Positions 10,845 to 23,703 of a stretch of DNA of 44,634 bases are shown in pieces (position 1 is the first letter of the stretch; every line of letters begins with the position of its first letter). The DNA is taken from positions 62,001 through 106,634 of the forward strand of contig NW_001865090.1 of NCBI RefSeq assembly GCF_000002865.3, read 5' to 3'. The notes beneath the pieces were generated by a model. The model did not search any database. It saw only the letters and a list, made by a program, of their open reading frames with translations, and was not told the DNA's origin. This DNA is from Monosiga brevicollis MX1. Lineage: Eukaryota. The position numbers and the translations under genes are program-made.

Positions 10845-12322
10845 TTAGCAGTCAAGCTCCATCCACGGTTGCTGATACCTTTCAGCTGAAAAAAGGAATG
10901 CATGCATCACCGTTAAAGAATGGTACGACGTTTGTTTGGGGAAAAAGCGGCAGAGACAGGCAAGGCACACGGGTTGACAAACCGTAAAAGTAGAAGCACG
11001 GGCAGCAGTCGGAAAAGTCTGTGGCATCGACATCCTCTAAAATATTACATCGGTATCAATATTGAGTGGCGAGGTCAATGCATTGTCGACATCTTGGGAA
11101 TCATTGGTCCATCAACGGCGTACCGGGCAGCTCGCGGTAGAGGCAACCATCACATTCAAGACCGTCGCAGCCCTTGCAGTGTGAAATAGCGTCATTGATA
11201 CCGGCGCCACACTCAGAGAAGCGCACCTATTCCGAGGCAGGGGGAAAGGATCGAGCATGCCACCCCGCCAAGCCGCAAGAAATGGTGATGAGCAACCCAA
11301 GCACGGTGAGGTCTGTTTGCGCCTCGCAAGAGCAAACATGCAGTCTTCCTCAAAGCGCGGCATACATAATCGCAATCCCCGGCATCGTGATTGCCTCCCG
11401 CTATGGGTCCATGGGCAAAGTCACCGTGAGCGGCTGAAACGTTGTCAGTTCTTTGGAGCAGAGCTGGGGACTCACAAGGCAGCTTGTGACGCTCAAGGGA
11501 AGCCACGTCTTGGGCCCACGCCTCTGTTTTGTCAAAGCCAATGTACGAGCTCAAGTAGCTGCAAAGGCGTGCGGGTGATTGCGATACCAGTACAGAGCAT
11601 CAGGGCAGCGTCGAGCCGATCGTTGTTTTGCGATTAAAAAAAGGAAAGAGAGCAGCTTGGGGGATGGCTCACGTGTCTTCATTGGCCCATGTGTAGGTGC
11701 CATAACCGACGTGGCCCAGCACGATGTGGCAGAGATAAAAGACGTCAGTTTGGGCGATTTCCGCGGGAGTGCAATCCTTATCAGCATCGATAGTGCGTTG
11801 CTGTCCCGCGACCCAGTCACTACCGCAGCGACACTCTTGGTTCAAGACCTGCAAGATGTAGTTGACCAAACTACCATCGGTGGCGGGAAATAGCCACGAA
11901 GAGACATCGTGATCCCATTCAGCCAGCTGTAAGCTGCTGTTGACCGAGCTGGTGCCCTTGTTGGCAAACGTGCCGCTGAACGTGTACTTTGCAAAGACAT
12001 CTGTGTAGTCTGGTCGACACTGCATGCCAGCCAGGGGATTTAGGCGCAAGAGTCGGAAAAAGCGCATAAAAAGAAAAAAAAAAGCCCAGGTCGATCATGA
12101 GGCGCGGCAAGGCAAGAGTCTAAAGAAGCGGTGCAGTACCAGTGCTTACAGTAGGGTCGCTGGCGGCCAGATACTCGGTCCAATCGCTGACAAAGGTCGA
12201 GTTGTAATAGTATCGGAGGGTTTGGGCAGAGCTGACGTTGAGGTTTTTGGCCTTGACATCATCCGGCGCAAACCAGCTGTTGTTCTCCTCACAATCCGCC
12301 ACAAAGGTGCCGAGGAGCTGAG

Positions 12323-12373
<51 letters not shown>

Positions 12374-12719
12374 AGAATGCTTTCGTGAGCGCAGGCATTG
12401 GCGTTCTGACCACCTCAGGTACACTCTGCCGATCCCTGTTTGGTTGTTCGTCTCCATGCGCCTTACCGCTTGCCCATTGACCTTGGTGGCGCTGCGCTCT
12501 GCGCGTCCACGGGGCTCTGCGTCGCGCGTCGAAAGCCTACGGAGGAGGGGTGGCGAGGGGAGGGGGGAGGCACGATTTCAGGACGGTGGTGGCAGCAAGC
12601 TGTGTCCAAGACATCAAACGCCCCTCGCACCTGGGCAAAGAGCTGATGGGCGGAAGCAGCTGCGCCTGTGCCGGCATCAGCACGGCAACGAGCCCCAACA
12701 CGGCAAGCGCACGAGCCAT
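10845..12719 (-). CDS. Secreted protein with APCDD1-like beta-barrel domain and Cys-rich C-terminal tail; multi-exon
   Basis: Signal peptide MARALAVLGLVAVLMPAQA. Exons 12317-12150 and 12019-11673 give LLGTFVADCEE..TLRYYYNSTF..SDPTC..YTFSGTF..ILQVLNQECRCGSDWVAGQQRTIDADKDC. Later exons give SECGAGINDAISHCKGCDGLECDGCLY..SDCCPCFYFYAERYQQPWMELDC* (TAA 10845-10847). Confidence 0.65.
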
Positions 12720-12774
12720 CGCGATGCCTCCTCCTTGCAGCTCACTGAAGCAACCAACACCTCGGCTGATCAGC

Positions 12775-12932
12775 GAGAGAGAGTGAGAGAGAGTTTGAGA
12801 GAGAGAGAGAGTGAGAGACAGAGTTTAAGAGAGAAAGAGAGAGTTTGAGAGAGAGAGTTTGAGAGATCGAGTTTAGTTGAGAGAGAGTTTGAGAGAGAGA
12901 GTGTCAGTGGTGAGAGAGTTTGAGAGAGTGAG
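12775..12932. repeat. Imperfect (GA)n microsatellite in a divergent promoter region
   Basis: Directly visible. Confidence 0.9.
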
Positions 12933-13405
12933 ATAGATGGGGATCAAACGTCAACAACTTCACGTTCCAGATAAATTACAGCATAAGCTGAGGTTAAGAA
13001 CACTATAAAATCGACAATAACATCATTATATGCTACAATTACACACATACGATCGACTAAAAAAGTATTTCACTTATCGCCACGATTGCCCGTTCCTTCT
13101 TGCGTGTAATTAAAGTATTTTACTTTGATCACCTGACGCCTCCAAGACCCACCCACACACACAAAAAAAAAAAAAAAATTCGACGGCGGCGCGGCTGTCC
13201 CTTGCTGGTCGCATCTGGGGCTGCGGCTGTCCTTGCTGACGGGGCCTTTTGATCTTGTTGGAGGGGACGAGGTGTGCATGGAAGTTGGCGTTTGAGGGGG
13301 TTGCCTCTCGCAAGCGGTTGTGCTGACGCGTGGCCGAGGCACGCTGAGCTGAGTTTGGCTGGCCTTGCATTCGAGGCTTGACACTGGGGTCCACAATCAT
13401 TCGTC

Positions 13406-16400
13406 ATGCTGCAGGAGGAAGAGGAGGAAGTGCTGCCCTTGTCGCCCGAGGGCCACGAGCTGCCTGCTCCTGAATCTTCTTCAGCGCCTGCTGATGCCAA
13501 GCCGCTTTCACCCTCTGTGCTACCGTTACCGCCCACGGCCTCCCGGATGCCTGGCGCCGCACCAGAAGCAACGCCCCCGCCTCGATCACAGGCTCCAAAG
13601 TCCCTGCCCAGTACCGTTGGCGTACAGGACTGGGCAGCCACAGAACACGCGTGGCTGGGCCGTGCGTTCATTCTGGTCAATTCAGGCTGCATCGACAACA
13701 TCAATCACTTCACCCAGCACCCGATTCGGACGAATAAGATCTGCCATGCGCTCAAGGCCACGCACAGCGAACTCGTCGAGCTCGAGCCACGCTGCTACCG
13801 CCTTGCTGCCGTCGTGAGCGACTACGACATCCATCCCGAATTTAAACACAACGGATTCCGCTCTATTCTTCTGTCGGTCTGGAAGTGCCTGCGCCAACTT
13901 CAAGTGCGTCCCGCCTGCCCCGACTCACTCTATGCAGCCCAAACAGTGTGGGAGAGTAAAAGCGACAACTACAACAGCAACAACAACATCCTCCTCCCAC
14001 ACCATGATACTCCCCAGCGCGCAGGTTGCTCATACGGATATTGATCATGTGTAGGAAGCCCTGGCGCGTTGTGCACAGGAGCGCTCGTCGTATTTCTTCC
14101 TCAGTTTCGACGCCGTCTACGAGCAGATTGAGGATTTTGGCGCGCGCATGCTCAGCGTAAGCCCGTGCTCGTCGCGTCGGTGAAATTGCAACCCCGGCCC
14201 TCTTCATCCGACGCTTTTGGGCCGCTACGGCCTTTTCCCATACTCATGCATCTTGCAACGCTCAATGGCATTCGCCCCACCCCTCCTGTTGAGTTAGAAG
14301 TTCAATGTCTTGCTCGAGCTTACTCTCGAGCTCCAGGCCATCCTGCCCGCTCGAGAGCAGTTTGTAACAATCGAGGGCAACGCTACAGCCGAGCACATTT
14401 TTCGTTGTGGCCAAAGCGTGGATGTCACCTGCTTTTATGGTGCTCGCGCGGGGTTTCATTACGAATCTGGCATCCAGCACTTGATGAAAGCCATCCTCAC
14501 CGCCATGGCCTCATTCTCCGATGCGTACCACAGCACCGAGGACAACCAGTTTGTCAAGGGCCTCTCCTCGGCCTGGTCGGCCGTCAAATATGCCCTTGAC
14601 CCCGAGGTCAAGGCCCAGCGCCTTGTCGAGCAAATGCGCCGCCGCAATCCGGCGTTTGTCAAGTCCTTTTGGAACCTCACCGATTCCACCCTGGCTCGCA
14701 ACATGTCCAAGATTGCCCTCCCCTCCATTGCCGTCAACCGGGTTCTTTTCATCATCGGTTCCAATCTCGTCCACGACATACCCGATGGTCGCCTCATCAT
14801 CTCCCCGCCCATCGTTGGCCGCCTTGGTGAATGCCGCCATCGGCATGGTGAGACGCAGCCAATTTCCCCCGACTACGCCAGCTTCCTGCGTCGAGCCTAC
14901 CACGAGTTGTTTGCTGCCATGGACCCACACGAACTGCATCAGGTGGGACAGCGCGTTCGTGAGCGGCTGCGCCGCCTGCCCATCTCTCCCGCTGAGCGGG
15001 AAGCACTCGAGAGCACCCTCTATCAAATGTTTGAGCTTGCCAAAAGACAACAAGCCGCAGCCACCATATCAGGAGCTCCCACGTCCGCTCAAACGGCTTC
15101 AACCCAGCCGGCGGCCCGACAGGACGACACCGTCGGTGAACTCGTCCAGGAGGAGTCTGTTCTGAACCATGACGTGACCAACGAGCTGGACCGGCGCGAC
15201 ACCGACGCCGCAGCATCTCAGGCAGGCGCAGCATCGGATGCAACGGCCAAGGCAGATGCCGACGACCTTCCCGCGCTTGTTCTCGACTCGCGCGATGTGG
15301 AGGACATGCCCGAGACCTCGCCGGACGAGGTGGGCGATGTCGCAGTCTCCATTTTTACCAAGGCTCACGTTGGCTCTCGCGTCCCCAGCGTCTCCTTCAA
15401 GCCTCCAGGTGGGCCACCGACGGTCGCGCTTTGCAGATTTGACGCACTCTTCCTCACGGGCAACCTTTGTTGAACCAATATGCAGAGGAATCAGCCTTTC
15501 AGGGAATTCCTCGTTTTGGTGCCATTCAAGTGCGCCTGCTGTGCGCCAAGTACGTGATGGTTCAGCTGCAGCAAATCGTGGACACTGCTGACCTTGCCAT
15601 TTTTTTTTTGTCCTGTGCCAATCTTTGATACCCCGTTGCGCTGCTTTCTTTGTGCGTGCACAGAAAGTACACGGGTCAGGCCACGCCGAGCAAGAAGGGG
15701 GCAGCCAAGCACGCCATCCCCGTCGTAGAGGATACAAACATCGCACCTGCCAAAGGCTTGCTGGTGCACTTTCACGGAGGTGGCTTCCTCAGTAATTCAT
15801 CCAAGGTGAGTGCAATTATCCACAGCAGCTCGCTCGACCGTGGTCGGTAGCCTTTTCAGCCAGAAGCCGTCAGTGCACCACCCTCACGCTTTTGGCGGCC
15901 GTCGGCCTATTGATTGTGCTAGAGCCACGAGGTGTATCTTCGTAATTGGGCTCGCGATTTGGACGTGCCCATCCTCTCGGTCGATTACAGCTTGGCACCC
16001 GAGGCCCAGTTTCCTCGGTTCGACCTTGTGGGGCTTGTCGTTGTCCTGTGATCGTGATCCTTGTTGCGTCAACTTCTCACACCATGCCGCATCACAGGGC
16101 GGCAGAGGAGTGCTTCTACGCTTACGTCTGGGCACTTGAGCACGCCTCGCTCTTGGGTACCACGGCAGACCGGGTCCTGGTGGCCGGCGACTCTGCCGGT
16201 GGCAACCTAGCCGTGTCGGTGGCCCTCCGTTGTTTGGTGGAGGGTGCACGCGCCCCAGATGCCATATATGCCTTTTACCCCGTACTCAACGTCAAACTGG
16301 CTTTGTCCAGCTCCCGCATGCTTGCGTCCTTTGATTGCTTGCTCAGTCAGGGTGTGTTGGAGACATGTTTGATTGGCTACGTTGGTAAACAGGACAAATC

Positions 16401-16980
16401 AGTGCAGGACAACCCCTTCTTGTCGCCCTTCCGCGCCACTGACTCATTGCTAGCGCGGATTCCCGTCACCTACTTGGTTGGCTTGGCCATGGATCCTCTG
16501 CTTGATGACACCCTGGCCTTTGCAAGCCGTCTTAAAGGTGGGCCTTGTCCTTGCCAACTTGGCCGTGCCGAGGTGCAAGTAACGGCTTGGCCCATGGCTA
16601 AGCGTTGAACGTGCTATCTCACAGTTGGCATTGATATTCCTCGGTGACCTGCAGCGGTTGGTGCACGCCATTGCGTGAGTGTCTTGGGGGATATCCCACA
16701 TGGCTGTCTCAACTTTAAGGACTTGACGCGGCAAACCAAAGCAGCATATCAACATTGCCTTTCGCTGTTGCGAGAGGGGCTCGAGGACACGGCACCGGCT
16801 GAGAAACCCGAGTGGAGGACGTATCGCAAGCCCTTACCCCCTCAGCCCACTCGTGGACGCACCGCGGATCGCAGTGCAGAGCCCACGATGGTGCTCCACG
16901 GAGGCGGCGGCAACACACACGTGGGTAGCAACTCCATCCACACGGTGGCACCGCCACCTCAACCCAGCTCTGGCAAATGA
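13406..16980 (+). CDS. LIPE: Hormone-sensitive lipase (HSL N-terminal domain plus GDSAG alpha/beta hydrolase), multi-exon
   Basis: HSL_N-type motifs [46 protein letters not shown]. Catalytic domain motifs [62 protein letters not shown]. Confidence 0.93.
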
Positions 16981-17313
16981 AAAAGTTTGTATGACCAAAC
17001 AAACCGGCACGCGTCCAGATGGCTCCCGTACGACTTGACCCCGGCTTCAGTGCATCCCAGATGGCTTCAAACTCCACCAACAACTGTTGTTGTATAATGA
17101 GAGCTTGAGAGGGTAAGAAAAAAAAATGGATCAATTTACATGGATGTGACAAACAAACAAGACATAACACAAAACATGGGAGATTTGTCAAGATGGCGCG
17201 CGGATGCAAGGGGTAATAGTAGAGCTCAGCTCAGGCCCAAGGCTCGTGCGGCCGCGTCATCATGCAACCCATCGGACTGTATCTAATGAGGCATGCCGTC
17301 GCCTCGAATTGAC

Positions 17314-18928
17314 TCAGAGTTGAATTTTCCAGTAGCGCTCTAGCCGGGCCTGGCCCACGATGGGAATAAGTTGGCGGCTCCAGGGCAAAAAGAAGTTATC
17401 AAGACGAGCACGAAAGGCATCGCCAAGGGGCTCATAGCCCGCTTTGTCAGTCTTAGAGGCAAGATCATTGAGCACGGTAAACCCGCGCTCATTGACATGT
17501 GTGTGGTGCGTGTAGTTGAAGAAAGGAAGGCCCATGAAGCGCTGCATTTCGTGCGCAGCGCCAACAAAGTCCTGGAACATTTCTTCCGTCAAAAGGACCA
17601 GAACGTCCTCAGATCGATAGTACTGGTAAAGTCGGCGAAGCTGCATAGCGTAATGGCCTCGGCGAAGTGCGCCACCCTCAGCGGCCTGGTACAGGATGCG
17701 GTTGGATCGTGTTCCGTTTGGAAACGTGGTCACGATCTCCTCAAAATGGGCAGGGGTGCAGGGATGGGGCACACGAACAAAGTCGCGGGGTGATAGGCTT
17801 TGGCCCAGGCGTCGGGCCAGCGCTGCGAGGGACTGGGGTAAATCCCCAGCATCAAAGACGTGGTTGTGGAGCGGGTGGCCGGGCCGCTGGCAGCGAAAGA
17901 CTGTGCCGCGGCGGCAGCGGTGCTGAAAGTGGCTGTAGGCGCGGGCGCTTGGGTGACGAAGAAGCGCCACGAGTTTGAGTGAAGGCAGCATCTCGTGCAT
18001 GCGAATCAGATGGGGGTCGTCGAGCACCATGTAGCGCGGGGTCTTTTCGAACGTGTACATGTCTCGGGCGGCCGAAGGCTGGGGTAAGGAAAACCCGGGC
18101 CACAAATAGTCGGATTGCCAGCGGGTCTCAAGCTGTGCCTTGCTGTCTGCGATCATGGACCAAGTGCAGCGGGCAATGGCGAGGTTGGAAGAAATGATGC
18201 TTGGGTGAGGGCGATGAGGCGTGGTCAAGTGTGAGAGTGCGCGGTGGGTGGGCAAGAGAGCTGCACGTACGGGTAGTGCTGAAGAACTTGGCTTCGCCAG
18301 CTCCCGAGTCGACAAGACCCTTCCAGCGGTAAAGGTTGGGGTGGATGCCAAGCCAGCCCTGAGCTTCAGCTGTACCAGCTTTCATGGCTCCAACAATGAT
18401 AAAGGAAGGGAGGCAGGCCACTTGTTCGTTTGGGGTGGCTCGGTAGCGTACAAAGCAGATGCCGGCGTCGACACGCCATGGAGAGGCGCACGTGTTCGCG
18501 CGGCCGTCGAGGACCTCAAAGACTGAGCGAGTGCGGAGGTGGATTGTCGGTGTGGGAGCTCGTCCGACACGGTGTGGGGCCTGCGGTTCGGTCATGGCAG
18601 CCGCAGAGACGGCACAGAGCGAGGTTTCGGGACGAATATCGAGGCGAGCGGCCCAGGGACCATCCAGGGCTGGGTCATGATAGTGGTGCTGCTTGTCAAC
18701 AAAGGCAACGCGTGGTGGTGGTGCAACGGCACCCCCTGCCTCAGGGAGAAGGTCGCCTGTATCGTCAAGGCCGAGGGCCACACGCCGAAGTGGGGTCGCA
18801 CTGTTACTCAGGTTGGGGTTGGGATCTTGACTTGCACGATGCGCCGAGAGTACCAGAGCCAAAAAGGCCATGGCAGCCAGACCGGCTAGCCAAGGCCGCA
18901 GGTCACGAGTGGCCGCGGGACCTGCCAT
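17314..18928 (-). CDS. Type II membrane (Golgi) sulfotransferase of the heparan-sulfate 3-O-/N-sulfotransferase-like class
   Basis: N-terminal TM anchor (WLAGLAAMAFLALVLSA). 5'-PSB LPSFIIVGAMKAGT, EAKFF, FEKTPRY; 3'-PB KLVALLRHPSARAYSHFQH; LRRGHY..QL; QRFMGL; FFLPWSRQL. Exons 18928-18271 and 18146-17314. Confidence 0.9.
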
Positions 18929-20057
18929 TCTTCTGGCCTAGGTCCTAGCAGGGCCGATGTTTGGTGTGCGGCGCAAGGCTTCTGGGCCCCGCTTAGAGCG
19001 GGAGAAGAGAAAACAGACTGCAGGCGCTTGTAGAGAATTTGAAGAGAATGAATGAGGGAGAGAGAGGAGAGAGCGTGTGTGCAGAGGTGATGACGGGTGG
19101 AGTGTGGTGGTTCAGCGGAGCGGGTGGTCCTTATTTGATCTGGCAAGTGTGCGTGCGCGCAGACGTGGTCCTGGTGTCAAGTCAAGTCACTTCAAGTGGA
19201 CCCCAGTCTCAGCGCGCACACGGGCGAGGAGGGGAAGGGAGAGGTTCAGAATGACACGCCGGCTTCCAAGCCTCGTTCTCTTGATTTTTTTGAAAACGCC
19301 ACCTCGGGGAGATGGAGGCTTGACAGAGAGAGGAAAAAGATTCAAGTGACTCGCACGTTAACAGCTGGCCATTTTCTTCATGTGGCAAAGGACGAGTCAA
19401 GCTTGACCCTGCGCTGAACAACAAGGCGTGACGAGACGGGCTTGTCATTGCAGCGGACGCAAGAGCTGCCCTTGTGGCCTCTCATGCAGAGGGTGCAGTG
19501 CCACAACACCCGCCACAAATCTGCAAGCATGCACGCTTTCCGAAACAAAAGTGAAAAGTAAAATACTTTACCACTCACCTCAAGTGTCGTGGGCGGTATG
19601 CAATCACCAGCGCATCTTGCCATCGGCATAAACCTGTGTAAACATTACTAGAACTATCGGAGATATACATATGAAAACTGCAATATCTCAAAGAATAGCA
19701 GCAACAAGTCGACCTTGTCGTGGAGCCCTTGCCCACGACTCACACGCTGGGGTCAGTGACTCGCTCAGTTTCTTCCCCAGCTCGCCCTGGCCCCTCGAGG
19801 ACGTCTTCAGACTGCTGTTGCTGTGCCCGTCTGCTCGAGTGGTGGACCTGGTCTTTTGCTGTCACACCGCTGCTGTCCAGAGAAGCAATTTGGCAAGCCA
19901 TTTATACCGCCAAGGTGTGTCCGTGCCCGGTCACAGTGTGCGTTTGTTTGTGTGCGTGTGGGCCAGTGGCACTGACCCCTTCTTGATCCTGGGCTGACAG
20001 TTCTCACCACGGGAGAAGCGACCCCATTTGGAAAAGGTCCATACACCTACCGCAAGC

Positions 20058-22092
20058 ATGGCAGAGACTAGGGCCAAGCGCCAGCACAAAGAGCAAGCCG
20101 ATGTAGGTCAAGCCGTTGCGTAGTCATGCCCAGAGACCCCGCCACCATCACACGCGACGAGGCCGGTTGTGGCCAGACTGTTCGCCACAGCTCATCAAGG
20201 TGCGGTGACTGTGCAGCCTCTGGTCAAGTTAATGGAGAGTGCCCATGTGCAGGACCTGCTCAAGGCCAAGAAATCGGTTTTCACCGTGACCCACAACACC
20301 AAGCTCATCAATGGTGCGGCCGCCTCGTTTGCTCTCCCATCCTTGCGTCCTTGCACGCGCGCGTTTGACCCCGGTCGATCCGGACTGATGTCCCTTTGCC
20401 TGCTGTTGGCCCAATGGTTTTCCGGTTTGCAGTGCTGCAGGAGTTTGCGGAGCGCGACATTCTGTCAGCCCCCGTCGAGGTCTTGGCTGCCGAGGACGAG
20501 AGCAGCGATACCTACATGGGCCTCATTGACGTCCGCTCCATCCTTTACACCATCATCCGCGGTGCGTCATTGACTCAGCCTGTGACTCGCCGGTGCTCAA
20601 TACTAGCTGCTCATGTCTTTCCTGCCGGTTTACCGTAGATGTCATCGACCATGTCGAGGCCGAAGCCCGGCCCCTGGATAAATGGATCAAGCTGGAGCAA
20701 CAAGCCCCTGAATGCCTCGACCGCACGGCCATCACCATCACCGGCCACGACGTGGACCTCAAGTATCGTGGCAGCAGCAATGACTCTCTCCTGGAGATTA
20801 TCAACGACTCTTTCCTGGGCCACGGTACAGCCCAACCTGCCCGATCGTCAGCTCATTTTGAACTTTAGCATGGCTACTCGCCCTGACCTCGTCTCATTGA
20901 CCCTGCATCGCTGCTCGTAGGCTCGAGCCGACACCCCAACGTGCAGCATGAGGTGCACCATCGCATTGCCCTTTTCAACACTCGCGGTGAAATTACCAAC
21001 ATGCTCACGATGGTAAGTATCACCCGACAAACGCATGTCCAACATGGCAGCGAGCCGTGTGCGCTGTTGATGTGAACTACCAACTTGCCGTTGATCTCAC
21101 AAACCTGGCCCCTTTCCCCGTGCCGGGGCTGCCATCCCATCTCCATCCCATCTGCCATCTTGGCTTCTAGTCGGATATTATTGCCTTCCTGCACAAGCAC
21201 TCGGACAAGCTGGGAAAGCTTGGTGACATGACGGTGCGGGAACTCGGCTACGCGCACGGACCCGTGGTCACGGTCACCACCAAGACCATCACTGCCGACG
21301 CCTTCCACACCATGTTTGACCAGCAGCTGAGTGGTATGTTCTCGACCAACGTTTTGCATTTGCATTGGAGGGGAGGGGGGCTTGCATGCACCGTTGCAAA
21401 CATGGATCCGGGTGCAAACCTTACGCGTGTTGACGCGGTCTGTTATGAACATGTGCACGCATTGCTTTGTATTACATCTTTTCCTCCTCTGCTTATTTTT
21501 CATGTTTGGTAAACACAACAAAGCCGTTGCCGTGGTGGACGAGGCTGGCAAGTTTGTTTCCGATCTCGGCGAGCAAGACCTGCGCGTATGTTGCCGTCAT
21601 CATTCCCTTTTTTTATTATTGCTGGTCCTTCCTCAATGCGGATAGAAAAAAGAAAGCCAACGGTGAAAACTCTCCCCCGTAACCCTCACCCCCACCCTTA
21701 TCCACTCGCTTGATTGGGGCCATGTAGGGTCTGGATATGAACGGTGTTATGCGCCTCCTCATGACAACAGAGGAGTTCTTGGAGCGTAAGCTCAAGGATC
21801 GCAACAGCAGCCACTTGGTACGACTTGGCCCCTGATTGAAGAGAACGCCCGTCAAGGCCCGGCCGTTTGTTCTCTTTGACTGTGCTTCTCAAGCATGGCA
21901 CTCATTTTCATTGTTGTGAATGCGTAGTCGGGCGTGTGCCATGGCTACACCAAGCTGAGCAAGGTCATTAGCATGCTGGCTGAAAATCGCCTGCGTCGCC
22001 TCTACGTTCTCAACGACCAAGTCCGGGTCTGCGGTGTCATCACGCTGACCGACGTGCTCAACGAAGTCTCAAAGGCATGTGCTTCCCACTAA
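20058..22092 (+). CDS. Four-CBS-domain protein (Sds23 / AMPK-gamma-like), multi-exon
   Basis: Spliced frame: ..FAERDILSAPV..YMGLIDVRSIL..HHRIALFNTRGEITNMLTMSDII..LGYAHGPVVTV..VAVVDEAGKFVSDLGEQDLRGL..MLAENRLRRLYVLND..CGVITLTDVL. The 5' and 3' ends are approximate. Confidence 0.85.
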
Positions 22093-22369
22093 TGTACTAT
22101 TAAATCCACAATCCATGTGCATCCGCCTTCCTCTCTTGCTTTGGAAGCCAAACCATCTGAAGGAGGCCCAGCGTAGGGGCAAAAGAGTGCTCCATCCTGC
22201 GCCATGTCAAGCCAGGCAGAGGGTTGCAGGTTTTATGATAAGAAAGAAGCGGGCGTGTTGACCTTTGCCAGGTCTTGGCCTAGGTGACTATCATGGCGAC
22301 CATCATGTGGTCGGCTGATGCACGTGGCCTCGGGGGATGAGGCATGTATATGTCAGTTTGAGAATCCAA

Positions 22370-23206
22370 TTATTGTTGCACGGCTGAGGCGAAGGGGTTG
22401 ACTGTCGAGATGGAACCGGCAACTGGAGCACGACGGTGCTGCAGCGCGAGTGGAAGAGGTTGCGCTGGAGTCGCCTCCTCGCAACGGATGCCCGTGCCGA
22501 CAGCCAGAAAGAAACCAAAGGTGGCGCCTGTTTCAGGGCCAATGAGGGATGAGAATGGGTTACCATAAGACTGGCAACATGGGGGCAGCGGCCAGGGCAG
22601 GCAAAGTGCATGCGGTTTAAATGAAAAAGGCCACGCACCAAAGGTTAGCATCTGGAGGGCCGTGCCGCGCAGCAACTTGCGGCCGCGGTAGCCAGCACTG
22701 TCGCGTCAACAAGGACCAAGCAAGCACCGTGAGTTGTGCTTTCAAAGGAGGCCAATGATGAAGAGGGCAAAAGCAGGCCAGTCGGGCAGCACAAAGCGAG
22801 CTGCCCTGAAGAGGAGGAGGAGGAGGAGGAGGAGGAGGAGAAAGAAGAGGAAGAACGACGAGCGGATGGACGAAAGGCGGGAGAGGGAAGAAGGAAGAAG
22901 GAAGAAGGGAGAAGGGAGAAGGGAGAAGGAAGAAGGAAGAAGGAGGGGAAGAGGGAAGAAGGAAGAGGGAAGAGGGAGGAAAAAAGAACAACAAACAAAA
23001 CAAACCTCATGCAGGTCAGGGTGCCATAAACACCACCAGCTGCAAGGCCCAGAGCTCCACCAACCACAAAGCCACCCTATAGCAATTTGAAATGAGGAGA
23101 GGCCATGGACATGGGAAGAGAATGGCCAACCTCGAGCTGGACCAGAGAACAGAGGTGGTCTAGCACCGGTGGGGCTCACCTTGACTTGATCAAAGCACGT
23201 CGTCAT
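22370..23206 (-). CDS. ROMO1: ROMO1/Mgr2 (TIM23 complex small subunit), 4 exons
   Basis: Spliced: MTTCFDQVK|GGFVVGGALGLAAGGVYGTLTCMS|AGYRGRKLLRGTALQMLTFG|ATFGFFLAVGTGIRC plus a C-terminal extension. Matches the ROMO1 pattern (SCFDRVK.GF..G..VG.AAG.L.GT..CLR.G.RG..L...GGTFG.F.AIG.GIRC). Confidence 0.9.
22808..22990. repeat. Purine-rich (GGA/GAA) low-complexity tract inside the ROMO1 intron
   Basis: Directly visible; source of E/R/S/F-rich spurious ORFs. Confidence 0.9.
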
Positions 23207-23559
23207 CTTGCAGGTGTATTGATAGTAAGCCAAGTATGCAAGCTCCCTGCCAGGCTCTGCTAGACGCGAACATCAGGGCCACCGGACAGCACGTTGAGGT
23301 TGGACAGTGTGCGTCGATTGCAGGGATGGAAGGAGAACAACAGAGAGAAAAACCAAGGGAAACAGAAGGAGAGAGGTAGGGGTGTGTGTGAGCAGGCAGG
23401 ACAATGACACTGCTTGCCAAGGTGCCCCGCCAGCACTGTCCCCAAGGCTCAGGTCATACGAAGAGAGGGGAGAGCAGATGCTCTCTGCCACTCATTGCCG
23501 CGCACATCGGCTCACCTCCTGCTGCTGCTGCTGCTGCGACCACCTTCTCAATGAAATGT

Positions 23560-23659
23560 GAGAGAGAGAGAGAGCGAGAGAGAGAGTGAGTGAGAGAGAG
23601 TATGAGAGAGAGATTTAAAGAGGGATTTAGAGAGAGAGTAAGAGAGAGTTGAGAGAGAA

Positions 23660-23690
<31 letters not shown>

Positions 23691-23703
23691 AAGAGAGAGA
23701 GAG
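23560..23703. repeat. (GA)n microsatellite in the ROMO1 / RPTP divergent spacer
   Basis: Directly visible. Confidence 0.9.

Noticed and set aside
12024..12848. 274-aa poly-Lys ORF on +
   Set aside because: Antisense to the APCDD1-like gene; poly-K comes from an intronic poly-T tract.
22617..23233. Several hydrophobic or charged ORFs resembling membrane proteins
   Set aside because: Read-through of the low-complexity ROMO1 intron.
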